From positions 24,662-88,661 of the forward strand of contig CAZUXC010000001.1 in assembly GCA_964624045.1 (NCBI GenBank): DNA of 64,000 bases, written 5' to 3'. The DNA is from an uncultured Methanospirillum sp. (GTDB taxonomy: Archaea > Halobacteriota > Methanomicrobia > Methanomicrobiales > Methanospirillaceae). Within the stretch, counting starts at the first letter, position 1; every line of letters starts with the position of its first letter. Both the position numbers and the translations under genes were made by a program. The notes beneath the pieces are model-generated. The model searched no databases. It saw nothing but the letters and a program-made list of their open reading frames with translations, and was not told the DNA's origin. Below, piece by piece: positions 48,045 to 57,796 of the stretch.

Positions 48045-49765
48045 CAGAGTGCCCCACTCTGAATCACTAAAGATACGCGTGATTTAGAGTAATCATAAAA
48101 GAAAGGCCGCAATGCTGAGCCAGCAATACAACCCGCATGCCCAGGACCACTATGATCAGGAGTTTCGTCAGCAGCACAGGCGTTTAATCTGGCCACATAA
48201 TCTTCTAGGTTATTTGTGCCAATACCGGAGAGATGCTCCCATACATCATTACCAATAATCAATGATGCAGATAGAGGATCAGAATCATATAACGTAAGCA
48301 TTTTATGTGCAGGATCGATCGACATCTGTCTATCTGACATCGTCTTCTGGGTGATAACGTACACCTGATCAAATGCCCGCTTCCAAAGATTGGTAGTGAT
48401 GCTATCACCAGTATTCTGAGGCTTAAAAGTAATTATGACGTACTTGGCATTCGGTTCCCCGGAAATCAGGGCGTAAGGTATTATTTGTGCACCTTGATTA
48501 TCTGAGATCTGGTTTTTAACAACAGAATCTACCTTTGCGAAAACCTGGGCTGTCTTTGAACCACTTACATCATTCGTATCAGTTATTGAAACCCCAACAA
48601 GAGAAGCTTTGATATTTGGACCTAATGCATCAGCAGTGTCAACCGGGGTGACCGCAAGGGAGGGAATGAGCATAATTGATACCCCTTCATTCTGCTTCAA
48701 AAATAATCCACCCATCTCATACAATAACTCCTGATTGATCCAATACCGATTTTGAGACCAGTATTGAAGAGAACCCAGAGGTTGATCCGCCTCAATTATA
48801 TGGTTCCATGTGGGTTCTCCCATACCATTAGATAGGCCAGTAGCGAGATTAAATTCCAACATCCCTGGATCTGTTGTCATAATCTCATTGATCTTCGAAA
48901 GATCAAATATGTGAGACTGGTTTGTTGCATTTTCCTGAAGGGTACGCCGATACTGAATGACATCATTCTGAGTCTGTTCAGTCCAGTTATAAAAATCAAA
49001 AATAATATCGGTTTGCTCTTTAATTGCAACATAATCAGTAGTATTGGGACCAGGTGAGTGCGTGGTATTATTTACCCAGCTGATAATATTCTTATTAAAA
49101 ACCCTTGGGTCAGGATAGGCACTGAGATCCACATCATACTTCGTCTCAATTTCATACTTGGTTTCAGGATGAATAACGAATTTTCCGTACTTTTCTTTGA
49201 TGATGGTAACATTGGTCTGATTACTGACCATAGTGTATGAATAATTCAAATGGTGGATAGTTCCATTAATTGTATTATTAATACTTTGAATCCCGGGATA
49301 ATTGACATACAGATGTTCTCCATCAACCCATTGGGCAGGGATATCTGCATTCGCAGGGGGATCAACAAATTGATCTACGATCAAGGGAGGGGTAACGGTT
49401 TTAAATACCCCTTGAACGGTCAACGTATCCATCTGTTCATTCACCAGCAAAGTACCTGCTGCCTCGATAAAACCCTGAATCGGCACTATCGATAAAGCAC
49501 CCTGACCAGTTGAGGCTAATGTTCCAAGTTCAAATGAACGAGCAATCGGTACATTTACTCGTTCATTAATAATGAGGGAGTCAACATCGGATTTAAGATC
49601 GATAAATTGCTGAGTCACATATTTCATGTGGGCAATTTCAGCATCTTTTCCCTGTATTGGGACCACATACAGGAGGTACATTGAGAATAATATGCCAAGC
49701 AGAGCTACGATCATCAAAAACCCAATAACTTCGGACAGCCCCTGCTCCTTCGTACATCCCGCCAT
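48044..49765 (-). CDS. Large pilin-like protein with class III signal peptide
   Basis: KEQG/LSEVIGFLMIVALL, VP..GKDAEIAHM..V..QF.DLK pattern typical of euryarchaeal pilin-like proteins; many N-x-S/T sequons. Confidence 0.72.
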   Translation of the reverse strand: MAGCTKEQGLSEVIGFLMIVALLGILFSMYLLYVVPIQGKDAEIAHMKYVTQQFIDLKSDVDSLIINERVNVPIARSFELGTLASTGQGALSIVPIQGFIEAAGTLLVNEQMDTLTVQGVFKTVTPPLIVDQFVDPPANADIPAQWVDGEHLYVNYPGIQSINNTINGTIHHLNYSYTMVSNQTNVTIIKEKYGKFVIHPETKYEIETKYDVDLSAYPDPRVFNKNIISWVNNTTHSPGPNTTDYVAIKEQTDIIFDFYNWTEQTQNDVIQYRRTLQENATNQSHIFDLSKINEIMTTDPGMLEFNLATGLSNGMGEPTWNHIIEADQPLGSLQYWSQNRYWINQELLYEMGGLFLKQNEGVSIMLIPSLAVTPVDTADALGPNIKASLVGVSITDTNDVSGSKTAQVFAKVDSVVKNQISDNQGAQIIPYALISGEPNAKYVIITFKPQNTGDSITTNLWKRAFDQVYVITQKTMSDRQMSIDPAHKMLTLYDSDPLSASLIIGNDVWEHLSGIGTNNLEDYVARLNACAADETPDHSGPGHAGCIAGSALRPFFYDYSKSRVSLVIQSGAL

Positions 49766-50108
49766 CGAATATGTTACAGTGTACCTTCAAAACTCATGAA
49801 TCTATTGAAGAATTACCTACCCCATAAGAGGTAATCTAGTGAAGAGAATTGAAGGCCAAATCATCCCCCGATTGGGCAAATTTTGGGGAATATTTATAAG
49901 TAAAATCCTTCACTGGACAGCCTCATAAAGGGTCAATAATAGGCCAATATTTTGATGATATTTGTTGGTAGATTGATTTCTGGCTTCTAACAAGAAGCAA
50001 TGTTCAACTAAGAACTCATAATAAGTATGTGTTACCGGCTCATAGTCAAGTGCACTTCTGAGATGAATATTAACCCCTAAAAACCCCACTTCTGTAGAGG
50101 AATCCATC

Positions 50109-51041
50109 ATGATCACTCAGTACATCACGACACCCGAAGGTCTCACTGAGATCGAGGATTTCAGGCCAGGATGCTGGGTGAAGGTAGTCAATCCCACAGA
50201 GAAAGAGATTGCATCACTGGTGAACCATTTTGGGATGCCGATAGATTTCCTTACGGATCCTCTGGATGTAGATGAACGGGCCCGATTCGAGGTTGACGAA
50301 GGACATACACTCATCCTGATCAGATCAGCCAGGCGTGAACCAGAAGAAGCAGCAATCCCCTACATCACCCTGCCCATTGGGATTATTCTCACCAATGAAC
50401 TGCTCATCACTGTTACTCTCGCTGAAGTTGATGTCATGGAAGAGTTCCTCTCCGGATGGGTTCGGAACCATGATACAAGCCAGCAGACAAGATTTGTTCT
50501 TCAACTCTGTTACCGGACGGCATTACGATTTCTGCGCTATCTCAAAGAGATCAATCGAATGACCGGGGTAATTGAACGGAATCTTCACCGGTCAACTACC
50601 AATGATCAACTTCTTGGCCTCTTCAATTTACAAAAGAGCCTTGTCTATTTTACCACATCTCTCAGGTCAAATTCTCTTATGGTCGAGAAATTCTCCTACC
50701 AGAGTGTTCTTGACATGACCGATGAAGAACATGATCTCTACGAAGAGATGGTCATTGAAAATAAACAGGCGCTTGAGATGGCAAATATCTATACATCCAT
50801 CATTACCGGGATGACCGGTACTTTCGCCTCAATTATCAACAACAATGTCAATGTGGTGATGAAACTTCTCACAAGCGTAACAATCCTTATCGCTTTACCA
50901 ACGATGATCGCCAGCATTTATGGTATGAACATTCCTCTCCCGCTCCAACAGTATTCTTACGCATTTCCCGTGGTCATGGGTTCAGCACTTGGGCTTTCAG
51001 CAATCGGCCTATTTGTCCTGATCCGCTGGAAAGTGCTATAA
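50109..51041 (+). CDS. corA: CorA-family Mg2+/Co2+ transporter
   Basis: DPLDVDERAR, NNNVNVVMKLLT, GMN signature (YGMNIPLP), 2 C-terminal TMs. Confidence 0.93.
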   Translation: MITQYITTPEGLTEIEDFRPGCWVKVVNPTEKEIASLVNHFGMPIDFLTDPLDVDERARFEVDEGHTLILIRSARREPEEAAIPYITLPIGIILTNELLITVTLAEVDVMEEFLSGWVRNHDTSQQTRFVLQLCYRTALRFLRYLKEINRMTGVIERNLHRSTTNDQLLGLFNLQKSLVYFTTSLRSNSLMVEKFSYQSVLDMTDEEHDLYEEMVIENKQALEMANIYTSIITGMTGTFASIINNNVNVVMKLLTSVTILIALPTMIASIYGMNIPLPLQQYSYAFPVVMGSALGLSAIGLFVLIRWKVL

Positions 51042-51101
51042 TCTTTTTATTCTCCTGTAGGATCCATAAATCACGGATCATCAGAGTGAGAAATAACTAA
51101 C

Positions 51102-51125
51102 TTATGTTAGATCCACATAACATAA
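51102..51125. promoter_or_regulatory. Perfect inverted repeat, putative XRE operator
   Basis: TTATGTTA-N8-TAACATAA, 28 bp upstream of the DUF2178-XRE pair. Confidence 0.55.
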
Positions 51126-51153
51126 TGAGACAAATTTATCACATGGAGAACTC

Positions 51154-51723
51154 ATGAGGAAAAAGGACATTATTCACATAGAATTGCTTATAGCTGCCAT
51201 AATTATCACGTTCATATTTATTCAGGCAATACATCCGGGAAACATCAATGTAATTGGAACAACCCTGAGCCTCATTTCGGCAATAATTCTGATAATTCAC
51301 ACGCTGAAACAACAGAGGAGTCTCTGGATTTCTTCATTTGCGATCATTTGTGGTTTTGTGCTGATATGTGCCGGAGGAATTACAGCGATGGGATTAGAAA
51401 TATTCGGATCAACATCCTCAGAGTCCATAATTTCAGTGATACTCATTTCATCAGGGTTAATCCTTATCACCCTTGCTGTTCGTTCAAGAACCCACCCAAA
51501 GGATTATGGAATACGGGATGAGAGAACACTTCGTATCGGTACTTATGGCCTGTCTTATTCCTGGTACCTAACTTACCTCACCATTGTCATCATCGGATGG
51601 ATGATGGGCACCAGGGCAATAACAGTAGATGGAACTCAGATCTGTCTCCTGCTCATTATTCTGATGCCGGTAAGTGCTCTCCTCTTCCAATGGTACTTCA
51701 ACACAAAGGGAGACGTCTACTGA
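51154..51723 (+). CDS. Membrane protein with DUF2178-like C-terminus
   Basis: Multiple TMs; RDERT..I...G.SYSW motif. Confidence 0.7.
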   Translation: MRKKDIIHIELLIAAIIITFIFIQAIHPGNINVIGTTLSLISAIILIIHTLKQQRSLWISSFAIICGFVLICAGGITAMGLEIFGSTSSESIISVILISSGLILITLAVRSRTHPKDYGIRDERTLRIGTYGLSYSWYLTYLTIVIIGWMMGTRAITVDGTQICLLLIILMPVSALLFQWYFNTKGDVY

Positions 51724-51728
51724 GGATC

Positions 51729-51965
51729 ATGAAAACCCGTATCAAAGAATATCGGGCACGTTTTAACTATACTCAAGCAGATCTCGCGGAGAGGGTTGGA
51801 GTCAGAAGAGAGACGATTGTTTTTCTTGAAAAAGGAAAATACAACCCCTCTCTCCGTCTTGCACATCAGATAGCAAGAGCTCTCCAGGCGACAATTGATG
51901 ATATCTTCTCTTTCGATGATGAAGAATCAATAAAACAAGATGAAAATCCGGATACATCCACATAG
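51729..51965 (+). CDS. XRE-family HTH transcriptional regulator
   Basis: [40 protein letters not shown]; start refined to ATG 51729. Confidence 0.92.
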   Translation: MKTRIKEYRARFNYTQADLAERVGVRRETIVFLEKGKYNPSLRLAHQIARALQATIDDIFSFDDEESIKQDENPDTST

Positions 51966-52001
51966 GGAGCATCTACCTTAAAAAGAGTGTGCGAAATGGG
52001 G

Positions 52002-54074
52002 CTACCAGACCCTTGCCCGGGCACTCTCGTTGCGATAGAGCAGATTGTCCGGACTAATTTCAGGAAATGCCAGGTAAAACTCATTCAGATTGAATGGAAT
52101 GGTATTTACTCGGTACCGGTTCCACGGATGTTCTTCAATCAGCACCATGTTTCTCAATTCTTCATCACGGATTGTTCCACGCCAGGCTTGTGCATATGCA
52201 ATAAAGAACCGCTGTTCATCAGTAAAGGAGTCAGAGTCAGGAATCTCAATTTCCTTCGAATAATTATCTTCAAAATTACCAAATGAAGAATTATCTGGTA
52301 AACGGGTATTCTGCCAGGCCTGCCAGGCAACCATCATTCCCCCAAGATCTGCTGCATTTTCTGCGAGGGTGCGAGTACCATTCAAATATAATTCCGGAAG
52401 AGCCTCCATCTGATCATATTGCACCACCAGAGGGAGGGTTGCCTCCTCAAATCGCACAGTATCATTTCGATTCCAGAGTAGGGTCTCATTTCCATTTTCA
52501 ATAAATTTTCGTAAAGGACTGTCGAATCCATGAATCAATTCATGCCCAATCACTGCTCCGATAGCCCCATAATGCTCGACATCATCTACCGAAGGATCAT
52601 AGAATGGAGGTTGAAGCACACCTGCAGGAAGAACGATCTTGTTGCGATTGGTATCATAATACGCATTCACTGAGTGCGGCGATAGATACCAGGTGTCAGG
52701 GTTTGATGGAGTATCTGCAATCTGCAGACTCGCCATGTAGTAATAGGCAGTGATATTGAGAATATTATCAAGATAAGAACTATCTGATACCTCAAGATTA
52801 CGGTAGTCCCCAAACTGATCCGGATAACCAATCTGAATACCCATGGAGTCGAGTTTCTTGGTCGCATTTATCCGGGTTTCCGGCTCCATCCAGGTTATGT
52901 TGTCGATCCGTGTTCTAAAGGTACTCTTGAGGTTTTCCACAATTTCCCGGACATGAGTCTTCTCTTCAGGGGTGAAGTATTTCAGAACATAGAGTTTGCC
53001 AATAACCCCACCCATCAGGGAGTCCATAGTAGCAATAACCCGTTTCCACCGGGGCTCCATATCCTGCTGACCTGAGAGAACACGATTATAGAAATTAAAA
53101 TTCTCCTGTTCAAAAGCAAGACTGCTGTATGGAGCAGCATACTGGAGTACTTTAAATTTTAGGAACGTTTTTAGATCTCTGACAGATTCTTCCTTAAGAA
53201 CACTGCCAACTTCCCGTACATAAAGAGGTTGATACAGATCAATGATCTCCAGATCTGTCCGGTTCACAGAGGTAAGTAATCCTTCCCAGTCAATCCCATC
53301 TGTTACCTCATTTAACCGACGTACCGGACAAGGGAAATACCGGCGATCCGGTTTTCCATATCCATGAGAGGGAGCTGAAGCATTTGCAAGCCGGGTTTCA
53401 ATTCGAAGGACTGTTTCAGCATCGATATCTGCCTGTTCTGGGGACTCATTTATCAGAACGAACAAACGGGAGACATGGCCCTTAAATTCATCGCGTACCC
53501 GCTGACTTTCTGCATCATCACGGAAATAATACTCACGATCCGGAAGAGAGGTTCCACTCTGTTCAATCGTCGCAATGAGCATACTGCTGTTGCCAGGATC
53601 TTCATCAGCATAAAATGAAAAGAACGGAGTAATACCAAGCGTCATGAGATCAATCGTAATATTGCGGATATCCTCACGATTCTCTGCTTGATTGATATGC
53701 TCTAGAGCCGGCTGGAGCGGTTCAATCCCAACCTGATCTGCCAGGTCCTGATCAATAGCAGTTGCATAGAAAGTTCCGAGCAGTTTCTGTTCATATCCCT
53801 CTGATTGCTCAGGATTTGCTGCAGCATCTTCGATTATTTCCCGAACCCGTTCATTCACAGAATCCTGAACCTCAGTAACAGAACTGTACCATACCAGATC
53901 TCCAGGAACCGGGTTTCTTTCAAGCCAGTTTCCATTGGCATACGTGAAGAGATCATCACCAGGATTTACAGAGAGGTCCATATCATCGGGAGTCAGTGCA
54001 GTAACAGGTCCAAAATAACAGATCAATACTAGGATCCATATCCCGGTCATGAGATTCAGGGGGTATTTTTGCAT
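52002..54074 (-). CDS. Secreted M13-family (neprilysin/PepO-like) zinc metallopeptidase
   Basis: Signal peptide; PGDDLFTYANGNW, VNAYY, GHELIHGFD (HExxH), ENAAD, HP...YRVN. Confidence 0.92.
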   Translation of the reverse strand: MQKYPLNLMTGIWILVLICYFGPVTALTPDDMDLSVNPGDDLFTYANGNWLERNPVPGDLVWYSSVTEVQDSVNERVREIIEDAAANPEQSEGYEQKLLGTFYATAIDQDLADQVGIEPLQPALEHINQAENREDIRNITIDLMTLGITPFFSFYADEDPGNSSMLIATIEQSGTSLPDREYYFRDDAESQRVRDEFKGHVSRLFVLINESPEQADIDAETVLRIETRLANASAPSHGYGKPDRRYFPCPVRRLNEVTDGIDWEGLLTSVNRTDLEIIDLYQPLYVREVGSVLKEESVRDLKTFLKFKVLQYAAPYSSLAFEQENFNFYNRVLSGQQDMEPRWKRVIATMDSLMGGVIGKLYVLKYFTPEEKTHVREIVENLKSTFRTRIDNITWMEPETRINATKKLDSMGIQIGYPDQFGDYRNLEVSDSSYLDNILNITAYYYMASLQIADTPSNPDTWYLSPHSVNAYYDTNRNKIVLPAGVLQPPFYDPSVDDVEHYGAIGAVIGHELIHGFDSPLRKFIENGNETLLWNRNDTVRFEEATLPLVVQYDQMEALPELYLNGTRTLAENAADLGGMMVAWQAWQNTRLPDNSSFGNFEDNYSKEIEIPDSDSFTDEQRFFIAYAQAWRGTIRDEELRNMVLIEEHPWNRYRVNTIPFNLNEFYLAFPEISPDNLLYRNESARARVW

Positions 54075-54224
54075 TCTATTTAATTCTCCATATATTTCCG
54101 GATTACTTCTTTCAACAAGGGGTGATCAGATACAGAATATATCTGGCAAAACCACGGCTTAAAGGCACTATATGAAAAGAACGTATATCCGGATTCGTGT
54201 TCATCATCTCCAAAAAAATAGGAG

Positions 54225-55160
54225 TTATTCGTGAGAAACAAAAAAGAGAGTATTACTCTCTGCAGACCGGTAGGTGTCATCTCCTTCAAACGATGCTACA
54301 AGACCTACCGAATTTGAGAACATTACCGAGAGAGAGGTCTCGAACCGTCCATCTGATCCGGTAACAACTGTAGCAAATGGATCAGATCCAGATGCTCCCG
54401 GATACCCGGTCTCGTCAATACCAATTGTTGCTCCGCTGATACCCTTTCCATCCTGATCGGTAAGCCGACCCGAAATCACGACATCTTCACCGACTTTCGG
54501 ATTCATGGTTTGAGCACTGATGGTAAGTTGAGTTAAAACCGGGAGAGATGAAGGGTGATTACCCGCGGTCTGCATGGGAATAATTGTCTGAACAGGAGTG
54601 ATGACCGGCTTAATTACTGGCTCTTTACCTGGATCAGTAAACCGTATGGCATTTGAAAGGTATTGAGAAGTTCCGGATTTCGCATTCACACGGAACAGAT
54701 CAAGGTGCTGATACGTGGCCGGTACGGCCCAGACAAAGAGCCCGTTTTCATCAGGCTTGAGGGTAGTAAGATCTGAATAATCAGAGTCAGAACCCCCTCT
54801 CCCCTGGATCGTTAACACAGCATCATTACGCACTCCGCTCAGATATCCGACGATCATAAATGTCTCCTGACCACTCAGGGATGCAGTAAATGGAGATATG
54901 GTAACCCAGGCGGATCCGGTTTTCTGAGAGGAAGGAGATGATAGTGAAGGGGTTGTATCATCCTTTGGTTCAATGGTGACAGTAGGAAATATTCCCAGAC
55001 CGACGGTAGCTGCATCCTCAACATTCCAGTCATCATATCTGCCGATAACACTTCCGGAGAAGTCTTCGGCACTAGCAGGGAAGATACATACCAGAGCCAG
55101 TATCAGGGAGAGGGCACTAAAAAGATGAATTTTTCGATGTGATTGATACTGATAAACCAT
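54225..55160 (-). CDS. Secreted Ig-like domain protein
   Basis: Signal peptide; GEDVVISGRLTDQDGKGISGATI, TGSDGRF, ASFEGDDTYRSAES (Big-like). Confidence 0.65.
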   Translation of the reverse strand: MVYQYQSHRKIHLFSALSLILALVCIFPASAEDFSGSVIGRYDDWNVEDAATVGLGIFPTVTIEPKDDTTPSLSSPSSQKTGSAWVTISPFTASLSGQETFMIVGYLSGVRNDAVLTIQGRGGSDSDYSDLTTLKPDENGLFVWAVPATYQHLDLFRVNAKSGTSQYLSNAIRFTDPGKEPVIKPVITPVQTIIPMQTAGNHPSSLPVLTQLTISAQTMNPKVGEDVVISGRLTDQDGKGISGATIGIDETGYPGASGSDPFATVVTGSDGRFETSLSVMFSNSVGLVASFEGDDTYRSAESNTLFFVSHE

Positions 55161-55204
55161 GGTGATAATGTTGAGAGCCGTTACTCAATAAGTTGCTGAG
55201 GAGA

Positions 55205-56410
55205 TCATCTCCCCAGTTCTTTGTGAGCCCGGGCAAGATGCTGAGCTGCCTGAGCGCCGAGGAGAGAGAGCTCTCCTGCAAGAACTCCAGTAGCAACAAT
55301 TTCTGCCAGTTTTTTTGCGTGAGAACCCGGGGGGTCCCCTCCTCCTGAAACTCCAAGAATCTGAAGGCACTCCGCCTGGGTTGCCACACTGGTTCCACCA
55401 CCAACAGTCCCTACCGGAAGAGCAGGCAGGGTGACGGAAACATATACTCCATCAGGGGTTGGATCGATGGTAGTGATACAAAGGGATCCCTCTACAACGT
55501 GAGCAGGATCCTGACCACATGCAATGAACATAGCTGCGATGATATTCGCTGCATGAGCATTAAATCCAAGAGCGCCTGCTCTGGCTGAACCTACCAGATT
55601 TTTACGGGTATTTACCTCAAGCAGGGAGGCAGCATTAGTCTTGAGGATCGTGGTGATCTGATCATTGGTAAGGCTCACTCCTGCAGACACCGTCTTTCCT
55701 CTGCCCAGAATAACATTCACCGCTGCAGGCTTTTTGTCAGTGCAGAAATTACCAGATAATGCAACAAGTCGGGCACCAGTCTTCTCACTGATGAACTCTG
55801 CGGCTTTCTCACTGGCAATAGTGACCATATTCATTCCCATGGCATCACCAGTAGTAAAACTGAACCTGACATAGACTGATGTCCCCGCAGTGGTTGTGTG
55901 GATTGCAGTGAGTTTTCCATGCCGCGTGGTTGCCTGGGCAATGTCACGGATGGCATCTTCATGTTCTTGGATGAACACAGTCACCGTATGAGCATGCGCA
56001 ATACTATCGGTTGCAAATACCGGAGCCCGGGTCATCCCGTCAGAGAAAATCCGCACTTCAGCCCCTCCTGCAGCAGATATGAGTGCACACCCCCGGTTCA
56101 CTGAAGCGACCAGTGCACCTTCAGTCGTTGCCAGAGGGAGGAAGAACGATCCATTCGCATATTCTCCCAGTACCTGAACCGGGCCAGCAACGCCAAGCGG
56201 GACCTGAATCGTTCCAATCATATTTTCGCAGTTTTTCTTCACCACTGCGTCAAGATCAATTGAACAATCCCCAATGCGGGGAAGATGAACCCCGGTCTCT
56301 TCCTCGACATACTGCCTGCGCAGGCGAACTGCCTCTTCAGGAGGAAGGTCCTTTTCTAGGGCATAGAGTTTAAGCGACCCCTCCCGGATCCTGCGGAGAT
56401 ATTCGTCCAT
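55205..56410 (-). CDS. hmgA: HMG-CoA reductase (class I, NADPH)
   Basis: CENMIG, PLATTEGALVAS, DAMGMNM, GNFCTDKK, GTVGGGT, GELSLL, LARAH. Start refined to ATG 56410. Confidence 0.96.
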   Translation of the reverse strand: MDEYLRRIREGSLKLYALEKDLPPEEAVRLRRQYVEEETGVHLPRIGDCSIDLDAVVKKNCENMIGTIQVPLGVAGPVQVLGEYANGSFFLPLATTEGALVASVNRGCALISAAGGAEVRIFSDGMTRAPVFATDSIAHAHTVTVFIQEHEDAIRDIAQATTRHGKLTAIHTTTAGTSVYVRFSFTTGDAMGMNMVTIASEKAAEFISEKTGARLVALSGNFCTDKKPAAVNVILGRGKTVSAGVSLTNDQITTILKTNAASLLEVNTRKNLVGSARAGALGFNAHAANIIAAMFIACGQDPAHVVEGSLCITTIDPTPDGVYVSVTLPALPVGTVGGGTSVATQAECLQILGVSGGGDPPGSHAKKLAEIVATGVLAGELSLLGAQAAQHLARAHKELGR

Positions 56411-56450
56411 GCATACCTGTTTGTACCCGAACTGCAATAACAGCTGAGGA

Positions 56451-57356
56451 ATGGGGGAGAACCAGTGGTGCCTTCGTGTACACCGAAGCGGAGCTGAAGA
56501 AATCAGAAGAAGGCTTCTGGAGGAAGGAATCCTTGACCGAACACTCAAAATTCGTCCAGATGGAGATGAACTCCTCTTTCCGATACATCGAGAGATCGAA
56601 GGGGCTGAGCGGGCTGAATTTGAGGCACTTCGCCAAAGGGCAGACCTTCCACGTCATGAGTTAGTGGGAGGAATAGCCATCCTGGCTGAAGATGATCCTG
56701 CAGGTGCAGCGCTCATTCTGAAAGAGCGTCCATCCGTGCACACAGTACTCTTTGCAGAAAGTGCTGTGGAGGGAGAATTCAGAACAAAGCGTTTTCGGGT
56801 GCTTGCAGGTCAGGATACAACAGCAACAGTTCATACAGAATATGGCAGAACATTCTGGATTGATCTGGAAAAGGCATATTTTTCAGCACGTCTTGCATCT
56901 GAACGGCAACAGATTGTTACAATGATGGGCGACGATGAAGACGTGCTTGACATGTTCGCTGGTGTCGGGCCATTTGCAGTCATGCTTGCTGCAAAGGCCA
57001 GGTTAGTATATGCCTGTGACCTCAACCCCGGGGCAATCTCCCTCCTTATTCGAAATATTTCCCAAAATAAAATACAGAATGTTCTTCCCATGCTTGGAGA
57101 TGCTTCCTCACTTGCTGAGATCTTTGGGAGACGTTTTGACCGGGTAATTATGAATCTGCCTTTGGCTGCAGAATCATTCCTCCCTGCGGCATTTTCCCTC
57201 TGCAAGTCTGGAGGCATGATACATCTCTATGTGCTTGAAGCGGATGAAGATACAAGAGGTTTCGACCAATTGCCGATACAAGCGGTATGTAAGCGATTCG
57301 TCAGGTCATATGCCCCCGGACGATCCCACCAGGTCTATGATATCCGGGTTAGATAA
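56451..57356 (+). CDS. Trm5/Tyw2-family SAM-dependent tRNA methyltransferase
   Basis: HTEYG, YFSARLASER, VLDMFAGVGPF, DLNP, DRVIMNLP. Confidence 0.85.
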   Translation: MGENQWCLRVHRSGAEEIRRRLLEEGILDRTLKIRPDGDELLFPIHREIEGAERAEFEALRQRADLPRHELVGGIAILAEDDPAGAALILKERPSVHTVLFAESAVEGEFRTKRFRVLAGQDTTATVHTEYGRTFWIDLEKAYFSARLASERQQIVTMMGDDEDVLDMFAGVGPFAVMLAAKARLVYACDLNPGAISLLIRNISQNKIQNVLPMLGDASSLAEIFGRRFDRVIMNLPLAAESFLPAAFSLCKSGGMIHLYVLEADEDTRGFDQLPIQAVCKRFVRSYAPGRSHQVYDIRVR

Positions 57357-57364
57357 CCCGGGTA

Positions 57365-57748
57365 CTACGTCGTACCCGTCTTTTGAGGGACACACTGTTT
57401 ACAGACGATAGCAACACTTTGAGCTTTGGTCGATGAGTAACCAAGAGTCTGATCACCAGTCACATTTCGAAGCACCTGGTAATCCTGCTGTGCTCCCTGT
57501 TTTAACTGAAACAATTTTCGTGCCGACATCTCTCCTCCGCGACGAGTCTGGTTAACTGAAGCATTCGTATCCAGAGTGTCTGCAGAGAGGTTTTCTACAC
57601 TATCAGCGGGATTTAATTCATCATCAAAGGATATGAGCGCATATTCACGAACGGTATACTCAGTTGCGCTGGCATTCCCTCCATCGATCCCTATTACCGG
57701 AAAAACCAGCACACTTCCCAGAAGAATGAACATGCACAGCCGGATCAT
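57365..57748 (-). CDS. Small secreted hypothetical protein
   Basis: N-terminal hydrophobic signal; several N-x-S/T sequons; C-terminal CKQC. Confidence 0.5.
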   Translation of the reverse strand: MIRLCMFILLGSVLVFPVIGIDGGNASATEYTVREYALISFDDELNPADSVENLSADTLDTNASVNQTRRGGEMSARKLFQLKQGAQQDYQVLRNVTGDQTLGYSSTKAQSVAIVCKQCVPQKTGTT

Positions 57749-57796
57749 ACCTACAATAATCTTCGCACTTTGGGAACAAGAAAGAGTTGGTCGGGA

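Noticed and set aside
44072-49765. Shufflon or recombination-based pilin variation
   Set aside because: The pilin 5' ends are similar only at protein level; I saw no identical DNA repeats and no recombinase.
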